Source of the DNA: an uncultured Candidatus Saccharibacteria bacterium
GTDB taxonomy: Bacteria > Patescibacteriota > Doudnabacteria > UBA920
Reading direction: 5' to 3'
DNA length: 64,000 nt
Assembly: GCA_964474825.1 (NCBI GenBank)
Contig: CAYYWQ010000001.1
Span: 549,609 to 613,608 of the forward strand
Under the pieces are notes generated by a model. That model worked only from the letters and a program-made list of their open reading frames with translations. It did not search any database and was not told the origin of the DNA. Shown here in pieces: positions 27,118 through 34,748 of the stretch. The position numbers and the translations under genes are program-made. Position 1 is the stretch's first letter. Every line of letters starts with the position of its first letter.

Positions 27118-28491
27118 TTACAACTCTTTCATTCTCCCAAAACCCACACTGTCGCGAAATACCGAGCCCGCCTTAAACATTTCCGCGCGCATTAGGGTGA
27201 ATTCGCCATATTTGTTGTTAATAACATCTAACGCTCCCACTAAACGCCTTTGCTGTTCCACGTCCCCAAACAAACTTAACTGTTTAACATAAGGTCTAAC
27301 TCCGGCCACGGTTACGCCCACAAGTTTAATTTCCCTGCCGACAGACGCGCGCAAAGGTTTACTAATTAACCGCGAGCTTTCCAAAAAAATCTCCCGGCCG
27401 TCCTGCACAAAATATCCCAACTTCTTACTGTCGCCAAAACCTTCGTAATTTTTGTCACGGCAGTAACAGCTTATAATATTCCCCATTAAATTTTTGCGTC
27501 TAAGCCTGCGCCCCACCATTTCGCAAAGTTTGTAGAGCACCGGCATAAAAAATTCCTGTTTGCGGAACTCCTGAGGCAAAGTATACATATGCCCAACCGA
27601 TTTAATTTCGTCTTCATTGCGCACGCCCGACTTCCACGAAGTTTCCAACTGTCCCAAGCTGTGTAAATGATGCCCGGTAACCGCGCCAAACCGCGAAACC
27701 AACCAGCTTTCCGGGTAATCCCGCAGTTCCCTTAAAGTTTTAATGCCCAGGCGATTTAAGTTCTTCTCCTGCCTATGGCCAATACCGGGGATGTCGGTAA
27801 GTTGAAGGCGGTTATACAAATCGGTTTTATAAATCCTCAGGATATTATTATTGTCACCCCGACTGAGCCGGAGTGCATCCGACGGCGAACGGAAGGATCC
27901 CTTAACAACTGACGAGTTGTCTAATTTAAGGGATTCCTCGGCTGCACTCGGAATGACAACAACCAGCCCATCCGGCTTCTTTAAATCCGAAGCAATTTTT
28001 GCCAATGTTTTATTTTCCGCAATACCAACACTACACCTTAGCCAATCCCCAACCTCGGTCTTAAATCTTTTTTTTATCTCGAGCGCAATACTAACAGCTT
28101 CTTCAAATGGGTCACTGTCCACTGTGCACTGATCACTGAGCACTTTTTTCACATTACACGCCTTAGTCAAATCCAAAAAACATTCGTCTATGCTATATTT
28201 TTCCACGTGGTCTGTATAATCTCCAACCACTTTTAAAAACCTCCGTGTGTAAAACCGGTAAGCTTCAGCCCGGGTGTGGGTTAAAATAATTTTGGGGTAA
28301 AGTTTTTTAGCTTCCCAAACAGGCGTGCCGGTTTTTATGCCCCATTTTTTCGCCTCAACGCTGGCGGCAATAATAATTCCTCCCAAATGCTCGCAAACTC
28401 CCACAGGCAAACCCCGCCACTGTGGATGGTCCTGCTGCTCCACAGAAGCGAAATACGAATTCATGTCGAGGTGAACAATAATATTTTGCAT
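27118..28491 (-). CDS. dinB: DNA polymerase IV (Y-family) carrying an in-frame insert
   Basis: MQNIIVHLDMNSYFASVEQ… Y-family catalytic core. 457 aa is longer than usual, and the extra ~35 aa map to the palindromic element at 27853..27957. Confidence 0.85.
   Translation of the reverse strand: MQNIIVHLDMNSYFASVEQQDHPQWRGLPVGVCEHLGGIIIAASVEAKKWGIKTGTPVWEAKKLYPKIILTHTRAEAYRFYTRRFLKVVGDYTDHVEKYSIDECFLDLTKACNVKKVLSDQCTVDSDPFEEAVSIALEIKKRFKTEVGDWLRCSVGIAENKTLAKIASDLKKPDGLVVVIPSAAEESLKLDNSSVVKGSFRSPSDALRLSRGDNNNILRIYKTDLYNRLQLTDIPGIGHRQEKNLNRLGIKTLRELRDYPESWLVSRFGAVTGHHLHSLGQLETSWKSGVRNEDEIKSVGHMYTLPQEFRKQEFFMPVLYKLCEMVGRRLRRKNLMGNIISCYCRDKNYEGFGDSKKLGYFVQDGREIFLESSRLISKPLRASVGREIKLVGVTVAGVRPYVKQLSLFGDVEQQRRLVGALDVINNKYGEFTLMRAEMFKAGSVFRDSVGFGRMKEL
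27853..27957. mobile_element. Palindromic MITE-like element, copy A, in-frame inside dinB
   Basis: gtcaccccgac…gagtgcatccga…ggatccctta | taagggattcc…cggctgcactcggaatgac, with terminal inverted repeats gtcaYYccga/tcggaatgac. Homologous copies at 35814..35896 and 52505..52572. Confidence 0.7.
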
Positions 28492-28722
28492 AAACTATTC
28501 TCTATTCGCTAATCACTATTCCCTATTCTAATAGTATACGATTGTTCACCTTTGAACAACCCGAGTTTTCCACAATTAAAAAACCGAGCGCCGAGTAGGA
28601 ATAAAATCCTTTCCCGACGCCCGTCGATTTGCGTAAAACTCCTCCGTTTCTGGCTCCCCCGCGCATGGAAGCCGATATTATACTCCCGTAAAGGACTTAT
28701 GCGCGCTAAGTCCTTGTCCCTA

Positions 28723-29736
28723 TTAGTGGGGACGGTCGACCAACATCAACAGCAGAGCCTTTTGGGCGTGCAGGCGATTGCAGGCCTGCAGCTTTACTAT
28801 TGAGCGCTTGCTGTCGATCACACTGTTGACCACTTCCTTGCCCCGATGGGCGGGAAGGCAGTGGCCAAAAACAGCATCAGGCGCAGCGTGGGCGAACAGC
28901 GCGTCGTTAACCTGATACGGAAAAAAGTCGCTGTTCCGTTGTTCGGTCTCGCTCTCGTTACCCATGCTCACCCAAGTATCCGTGTAAACCACTTGGGCTC
29001 CGGTGACCGCTCGGACAGGGTCGTCCATCAGCACCACGTCACCGCCATTGACAGCCGCCAAGTCGAGGGCGTTCTCCACCAAATCCTGCGACGGCCTATA
29101 TTTGTCGGGGCCAGTCCAGCGAAACTCCATGCCCAACCGGACTGCGTTGAGCATTAAGCTATTGCAAACGTTATTGCCATCGCCAACGAAAGTCAACACC
29201 AGGCCATTCAACTTATTCCCAAAAACTTCCTGCAGGCTCTGCATGTCTCCCAAGGCCTGGCAAGGGTGATACATGCCGCTCAGCGCGTTAATGACAGGCA
29301 CTCCGGCGTGAGTGGCCAAATCCTCAACCGTTGACTGTTTGTAAGTTCTGGCTGCAATAACCTGAACCCACTGGCCGAGATTTGACGCGACGTCCTTAAT
29401 TGCCTCCCGCTCCCCCAAAAGTCCGGTAGGAGGCAAGACGCAATCGCCGCCCAGTTGCTTGATTGCGAGCTGGAACGTGCACGTCGTCCTCAAAGAATCT
29501 TTCTCCGTTAACCAGGCCAAGTAACAGTCACTTAGGCTGGTTCGGAAATCCTGAGGACTCTTCTTGACTCTTGCGGCCAAGTCAAGAAGTTCGCGTAATT
29601 CTTCCGTGACAACATCCAGGTCCGAGCGAAAGTGCCCGGATTCGATCTTGTCAAAATTGGTTGTCGCATTACTCAACAGTGATGACGCCAATTCCTTCTC
29701 CTTTTTTATTTTCCATTCCCAAGCACCATAAAGCAA
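28723..29736 (-). CDS. argF: Ornithine carbamoyltransferase
   Basis: SLRTTCTF, HPCQALGDM and HCLPAHRGKEV motifs, with C-terminal …NRLHAQKALL. The start is uncertain because it overlaps the upstream gene by 31 nt. Confidence 0.85.
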   Translation of the reverse strand: MLYGAWEWKIKKEKELASSLLSNATTNFDKIESGHFRSDLDVVTEELRELLDLAARVKKSPQDFRTSLSDCYLAWLTEKDSLRTTCTFQLAIKQLGGDCVLPPTGLLGEREAIKDVASNLGQWVQVIAARTYKQSTVEDLATHAGVPVINALSGMYHPCQALGDMQSLQEVFGNKLNGLVLTFVGDGNNVCNSLMLNAVRLGMEFRWTGPDKYRPSQDLVENALDLAAVNGGDVVLMDDPVRAVTGAQVVYTDTWVSMGNESETEQRNSDFFPYQVNDALFAHAAPDAVFGHCLPAHRGKEVVNSVIDSKRSIVKLQACNRLHAQKALLLMLVDRPH

Positions 29737-30539
29737 GCATCTTCCGCTCCCCTTACGGCACCAAAACCCAAATTCTCAAACCAGGTGCGAATTTTGGTGA
29801 TGGCCAAAAGCTCCCAAACGTTGAGCTCAATTGCCCAGTTGATGCAGTGCATCACCAAGGCCAGGCCAATACCTTTTATGCCGATAGTCCGGTCAACTAC
29901 CACGCTCCTTACTTCTGCCATTTCTGGCAACTCTCCGTGTTTCAGCGTGAAAACTACTAAAGCAGTGCAGCCCACGACCTGTTGGTCTTTAACTGCCACG
30001 AAGAAATCCAAAATTTCTGGAAAAAGCTTGGAGCTTGGTTGAATTAGCTCATTAGGATACTGGGCAACAAGGGCATGTATAGAAGCCCTGTCGCTTTCCT
30101 CAGCTCTCCTGAAAACTACGCCGGCTATATCAAAAGGTTTAAGCAGCTCGTGATTCCGGACCACCATCAACATCGCGTACTTCTCGTTGTTGAATGGCCG
30201 AAACCCCAAACTCTCAAATAACTTCTTGTCCTTTTTGCCGACAGTCACCAGGAGTTGATATACCCTCTCCTTCTGAGCCCGATTCATGCACACTCTAACC
30301 AAAATTTTGGCGTATTGCTTCCTTAGCTCTTCGCTAGAAAAAGCAAGACTTCGGATTTCCGCCATTTTTGGTCCATAAATTCTCAGTGCGCAGCAACCGA
30401 CTACTTCGTTTGATATTTGCAACACGACAAAGTCGTGCCAGGATGGAAGATGGTCTCCTTGCAGATGCGGGTTTCCCCGGATCAGCTCCTTGATTTTCTT
30501 CCAATCCCTTGCGGTTGCCCGCCTGATTAGTCCTCTCAT
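29706..30539 (-). CDS. Tandem-GNAT acetyltransferase (possible N-acetylglutamate synthase-like)
   Basis: Two GNAT folds (…VVGCCALRIY…LGFRP…; …VVGCTALVVF…LGFGAV…), directly upstream of OTC. Confidence 0.6.
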   Translation of the reverse strand: MRGLIRRATARDWKKIKELIRGNPHLQGDHLPSWHDFVVLQISNEVVGCCALRIYGPKMAEIRSLAFSSEELRKQYAKILVRVCMNRAQKERVYQLLVTVGKKDKKLFESLGFRPFNNEKYAMLMVVRNHELLKPFDIAGVVFRRAEESDRASIHALVAQYPNELIQPSSKLFPEILDFFVAVKDQQVVGCTALVVFTLKHGELPEMAEVRSVVVDRTIGIKGIGLALVMHCINWAIELNVWELLAITKIRTWFENLGFGAVRGAEDACFMVLGNGK

Positions 30540-30574
30540 TCTTTATTTTTTCCCCACCCTAATTGCCGGTATCG

Positions 30575-30900
30575 ACCCACGACGATTGGAGCAAGGAAAA
30601 TAAAAAACCCGTCACTGAAAACGAAAAATTCGTTCTCAAGGACGGGGTTTCTTTGTTGCCGTGGTACCACCTTGGTTCCCCCGCCGTGGCGGGGCTCATT
30701 ACCTCTTTTTACGGTGAGGCTGGCCGTCTGAAATTTTTTTCAGCAGTTTACCCTGAGTAGTTTTAGCTAAGCAGGGCGAACGGATCGCGACTCCATTCTA
30801 GCTTTATAATATGTAATTAAATACTAGTGTATCACCCTCAGCTCAAATGTCAAATGTGGATAACTCGTCGGCCCTTTCTTTAAACCTAAACAAATAAAAA
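30575..30900 (-). promoter_or_regulatory. Candidate T-box riboswitch leader of the GNAT-OTC operon
   Basis: The minus-strand RNA has a Stem-III-like hairpin CCCCGCC-AC-GGCGGGG, then AAGGUGGUACCACGG (T-box consensus AGGGUGGNACCGCGG), whose 3' half overlaps the 5' arm of a terminator. Confidence 0.45.
30602..30651 (-). terminator. Intrinsic terminator (expression platform) ~50 nt upstream of the GNAT start
   Basis: On the minus strand, AAACCCCGUCC…GACGGGUUUUUUAUUUU. Confidence 0.65.
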
Positions 30901-30964
30901 AGCAGGCTCATTGTAAGTCTGTTTATTTTAAAATATTAAAATCTAATATAAGAAAAGAGTCGGA

Positions 30965-31357
30965 CTAGTGGTGGCCGTGGGCACGGTGCGCCGCGTGCTC
31001 GTGGCGAATTTGCACATGCCTTTTTTTGTGGAAAAAAAACACGCTGAGCATCATTATGAAATAGCCAAGCCACAAACTCAAATGTGAAAACATGGACAGG
31101 CCTGCTATGGGCGCGGTTATTAAAGCGTCAATAATCAAACCCACAATTAACCAAAGTACGGCGGTAAAAATTGCCTCTATATAATGCATTATGCCAATAC
31201 GGCGCGCGCAAGCCGCTGTTAAAATGGCAATAATTATAAAATAAAAAAATTGCCAATAAATGTCCGTGTAAAGAGTTGAACTATAAAACCAAAGTCTCAC
31301 GCCCCCCAAAAGAATGGCCTGGACAAGCAGCATTAAAAAAAACTTCTTTATAGTCAT
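30965..31357 (-). CDS. Membrane protein with His-rich C-terminus, hypothetical
   Basis: Four TM helices; C-terminal HEHAAHRAHGHH. Confidence 0.45.
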   Translation of the reverse strand: MTIKKFFLMLLVQAILLGGVRLWFYSSTLYTDIYWQFFYFIIIAILTAACARRIGIMHYIEAIFTAVLWLIVGLIIDALITAPIAGLSMFSHLSLWLGYFIMMLSVFFFHKKRHVQIRHEHAAHRAHGHH

Positions 31358-31368
31358 GGACTTTAAAG

Positions 31369-31866
31369 TTAAAGAGTTTTGGTTTTAGTGGTCTTACGCT
31401 TAACAGCGGGTTTTCTTTTTACAGCACGCCTCTTAATGGGGGTTTCCATAAGAATTTCTCTTGGCATATCTTCTATAGACTGCTGTATACGGGACAAGTC
31501 TTCGGCCAGCTCCAACTTAACAACTTCCACGCGGGCTTTTAGTTCATTGCTTGTTGGCCTTTGCGGAAAAAGCTTATGGTGTAAATGTCTGGTTACGCCC
31601 CGCCACTCTCCTGTTTCATAAATTTTTTCATACCAATATTCTCCCAGCCAAATACCGTACCAGCTGCCACAAAACATGGCAAGCAGAAGCGTAATGTAAT
31701 CCACAGCCACAAAGGTAAAATAAGAATAGCTGGACGTCCAGTGGAACACGCCGTAAGCAAGCAAAGTTAAATAGGCTAAAACTATTAGCCTATGCAAAAT
31801 TACAAACAACAGCACACCCATGACCGAGCACATAAAAATATAAACCGATTTTTTTGCGCCTCCCAT
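31369..31866 (-). CDS. Membrane protein with Lys-rich C-terminal tail, hypothetical
   Basis: 165 aa, three to four TM helices, KRRAVKRKPAVKRKTTKTKTL tail. Confidence 0.45.
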   Translation of the reverse strand: MGGAKKSVYIFMCSVMGVLLFVILHRLIVLAYLTLLAYGVFHWTSSYSYFTFVAVDYITLLLAMFCGSWYGIWLGEYWYEKIYETGEWRGVTRHLHHKLFPQRPTSNELKARVEVVKLELAEDLSRIQQSIEDMPREILMETPIKRRAVKRKPAVKRKTTKTKTL

Positions 31867-31942
31867 ATTTTTTTATTTCAAATTAGATTTATTTGTTTTT
31901 ATTATAGAATACTTTTAATTTAAAAGCAAATTCCATAAAAAT

Positions 31943-32962
31943 TTATCGTGCGGACAACATACTCTTTTTATAGCTGTCTAGGTTATCCAGTGCCACGCCT
32001 GTGCCTTTAGCTACGCATAACAGGGGCTGTTCTGCCACAAAGCAGGGCACGCCAAGGCTTTGGGAAATGTAGTGGTCCAAATTTCTTAAGAGAGCGCTGC
32101 CCCCTGTCATTACCATGCCTTTGTCTATAATGTCGGAAGCCAGTTCCGGTGGCGTGTCCTGGAGAACGGTTTTTACGGCCCGGACAATTTCGTGGAGTTC
32201 GTCCTGAATAGCTTCCACCACCTCGTTGGTGGACACTGTTACGGTTTTAGGCAAACCAGTAACCATGTCTCGTCCTTTAACTTCCATTATTTCTTCTTCC
32301 GGCATGGCGAGCGCGCTGCCAATTGTGATTTTAATTTCTTCGGCCGTACGGTCCCCAATTGCAATACTGTGTTTCTTTCGGACAAAATCTATTATTGCCT
32401 GGTCAAAACGGTTTCCCGCAACGCGCACAGAAGTGGAATTCACAATACCGCCGAGCGAAAGCACCGCCACGTCTGTTGTACCACCTCCAATGTCTATAAT
32501 TAAATTTCCGGAAGCAGAGGCAATAGGAATACCCGCGCCAATGGCCGCGGCAACAGTTTCTTTAATTACATAAGCTGCTTTGGCTCCGGCGGCCTGGGCC
32601 GCGTCTACCACGGCGCGCCGTTCAGTAGACGTTATGCCGCCGGGCACAGATATCATTACTTCAGGACGAAAAAACCTAATATTACCCAAAGCTTTGTTTA
32701 TAAAATAACGGAGCATGGCTTCTGTTACTCGGTAGTCGGCAATTACGCCGTCTTTCATTGGCCTGCTGGCAACAATGGTTTCCGGCGTGCGGCCTAGCAT
32801 GTCTTTGGCTTCCTGGCCCACGGCTAAAACCCGGTTGTCGTTCAAAGAAATAGCAACAACCGTTGGCTCATTTATAATTATTCCGCGTTTGGGCAAATAG
32901 ACCAAAGTGTTGGCAGTACCTAAGTCTATACCTATCTTATTTTCAAACATAGCTTCAATCAC
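31943..32962 (-). CDS. mreB: Rod-shape-determining protein MreB
   Basis: IGIDLGTANTLVY…, actin-like ATPase motifs throughout. Confidence 0.9.
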   Translation of the reverse strand: MIEAMFENKIGIDLGTANTLVYLPKRGIIINEPTVVAISLNDNRVLAVGQEAKDMLGRTPETIVASRPMKDGVIADYRVTEAMLRYFINKALGNIRFFRPEVMISVPGGITSTERRAVVDAAQAAGAKAAYVIKETVAAAIGAGIPIASASGNLIIDIGGGTTDVAVLSLGGIVNSTSVRVAGNRFDQAIIDFVRKKHSIAIGDRTAEEIKITIGSALAMPEEEIMEVKGRDMVTGLPKTVTVSTNEVVEAIQDELHEIVRAVKTVLQDTPPELASDIIDKGMVMTGGSALLRNLDHYISQSLGVPCFVAEQPLLCVAKGTGVALDNLDSYKKSMLSAR

Positions 32963-33041
32963 TTTAGGTTAAACTACAGCTAATTATAGCAAAACCCAGG
33001 TCATTGTAGAAGCCCGCGTTTTGCGCTAAAATTAAGCTGAT

Positions 33042-34343
33042 ATGAATAAAAAATCACGTTACGGCCTAATTGTGCTTGGCTTTTTGACTTTTATAATTTT
33101 AGCCCCTGCCATTGTTCTGTATGTTAGGGGAATTAAGTACGATACAGAAAAACAGGAGTTTGTGCAAACCGGCATTTTGGCCGTCCGGGCAGACCCTTCA
33201 AGTGTCACAGTTTCGCTCGACGGCGAATTTGTTTCAGACTCGGCCAAAGATTTAAAATTCCTGCAGCCCAAAGATTACAGCATTAAACTGGAAAAAGAAA
33301 ATTACCAACCCTGGGAAAAAAGACTTGGGGTAGTTGGTGGCCAAGTTACCTGGGCCAGCCCGTCCACCGGTAAAATTATTTTATTTTTTTCTTCTCCTAC
33401 AACAACTACTGTAAGCGATGGGGTAACGGATTTTTCCGGGCCTGGGAATAAAAATATTTTGGCATTCATTAGCCAAAATAGTTTTATTGTTACTTCTCCT
33501 AATAACCCAAATAGCAGCGTAAGCATTGTCTTGCCAAAAATAGTTACTTCCATTTTAGCGTCTCCGGACTCTGACTTTTTCTTACTCCAAAACCAGTCCA
33601 CGACTTCACCGGTTACTTTATTTGTAGACGTTTCTGCCAGAAAAGCTTACGACTTAGGCGCGTTGTTTTCCACTAAAGCACAATGGTTTTTTAGCGGGGA
33701 CGACAAACTTTACGCCGTCCACACCGGCAGCCTTTACTCCATTAATACAAAAATTCCTTCTAAAACTTTGCTTCAAAGCGGCATTATGGCAGCTAGCTTC
33801 CTGGGGAATGACCTCTATGTATTAAGAAGCGCAAATAGCGGGCTGGACCTGGAAGTCACTTCAAATCCTACTGAGACCGGACAAAAAATCCTTACTAATC
33901 TTCCTGCTTTTAAGCAAACGGAAATTCTAATTAGCAGGCAAAAACAAATATTTTTACTGGCCGATGGAAGCTTGTACAGAGTGGGCGCCAGCTTAAAACA
34001 ACTGGCTTCGTCTGTAGATGCCAGGCAATTTAACAGTAACGACTCTTCCTTAATTTTTGAAACCACGGGAGAACTTGACTACATTAACCCCTATGACGGT
34101 AGCGTGGATTTTATTACCCGTAGCAGCATGGAATTAAAAAATCCCCTGCTCCGTTTTGATTTAGCCAATGCTTTTTTTGTGGAAAACAATATTGTCAAAG
34201 CGCTGGAGCTCGACACACGCGACCACCAAAACCAATTTGATTTATACCAAGGCACAAACATAAAAAAAATCGCCCTTTCAGACGATGGTAGGAATTTAAT
34301 AGTATTAGATGGAGCCACTCTGAAAATTTTGACTATCCGCTAG
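33042..34343 (+). CDS. Membrane-anchored protein with PEGA-like domain and beta-rich C-terminal region
   Basis: N-terminal TM. VTVSLDGEFV…YSIKLEKENYQPWEKRL resembles a PEGA domain. Confidence 0.45.
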   Translation: MNKKSRYGLIVLGFLTFIILAPAIVLYVRGIKYDTEKQEFVQTGILAVRADPSSVTVSLDGEFVSDSAKDLKFLQPKDYSIKLEKENYQPWEKRLGVVGGQVTWASPSTGKIILFFSSPTTTTVSDGVTDFSGPGNKNILAFISQNSFIVTSPNNPNSSVSIVLPKIVTSILASPDSDFFLLQNQSTTSPVTLFVDVSARKAYDLGALFSTKAQWFFSGDDKLYAVHTGSLYSINTKIPSKTLLQSGIMAASFLGNDLYVLRSANSGLDLEVTSNPTETGQKILTNLPAFKQTEILISRQKQIFLLADGSLYRVGASLKQLASSVDARQFNSNDSSLIFETTGELDYINPYDGSVDFITRSSMELKNPLLRFDLANAFFVENNIVKALELDTRDHQNQFDLYQGTNIKKIALSDDGRNLIVLDGATLKILTIR

Positions 34344-34747
34344 GATTTAACAGCAGCGTCAATAGCTTCATTCACTAATTTGTCAGCTTCTTTATTTTTT
34401 TCTCTAGGAACGTGATTAAAAGTCACGTTTTTAAAATGGTTTTTTAATTTTAATACATCGGCCGCTAAAAGCTTTAAAGTAGGCTCTTTAATTTTATACC
34501 TGCCCTGCATTTGCCTGACAATAAGCTCACTGTCCATATTTACCAAAAGTTCAGTAGCCCCCAATTTATTTGCCTCTTCCAAAGCTAAAATAAGCGCCTT
34601 GTATTCCGCAACGTTGTTTGTAGCTTCCCCAATATATTTTTTGTGTTGGCCGATGATATCGCCGCTTTCATCACGTACAACTACCCCTATACCGGAAGGC
34701 CCCGGGTTTCCCCTGGCACCGCCGTCAGTATTTACAGTAAGTTTCAT
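34340..34747 (-). CDS. rnhA: Ribonuclease H (type 1-like)
   Basis: NTDGGARGNPGPSGIGVV…ATNNVAEYKALI…E…D motifs. Confidence 0.8.
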   Translation of the reverse strand: MKLTVNTDGGARGNPGPSGIGVVVRDESGDIIGQHKKYIGEATNNVAEYKALILALEEANKLGATELLVNMDSELIVRQMQGRYKIKEPTLKLLAADVLKLKNHFKNVTFNHVPREKNKEADKLVNEAIDAAVKS

Positions 34748-34748
34748 T

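Noticed and set aside
28552-28803. Plus-strand ORF (83 aa) in the dinB-argF spacer
   Set aside because: It overlaps the 3' end of the OTC gene on the opposite strand, has no RBS or motif, and is most likely spurious.
30563-30760. Plus-strand ORF (65 aa) in the 30.5-30.9 kb spacer
   Set aside because: The region is better explained as a structured leader/terminator RNA on the minus strand (T-box-like), and the ORF has no RBS.
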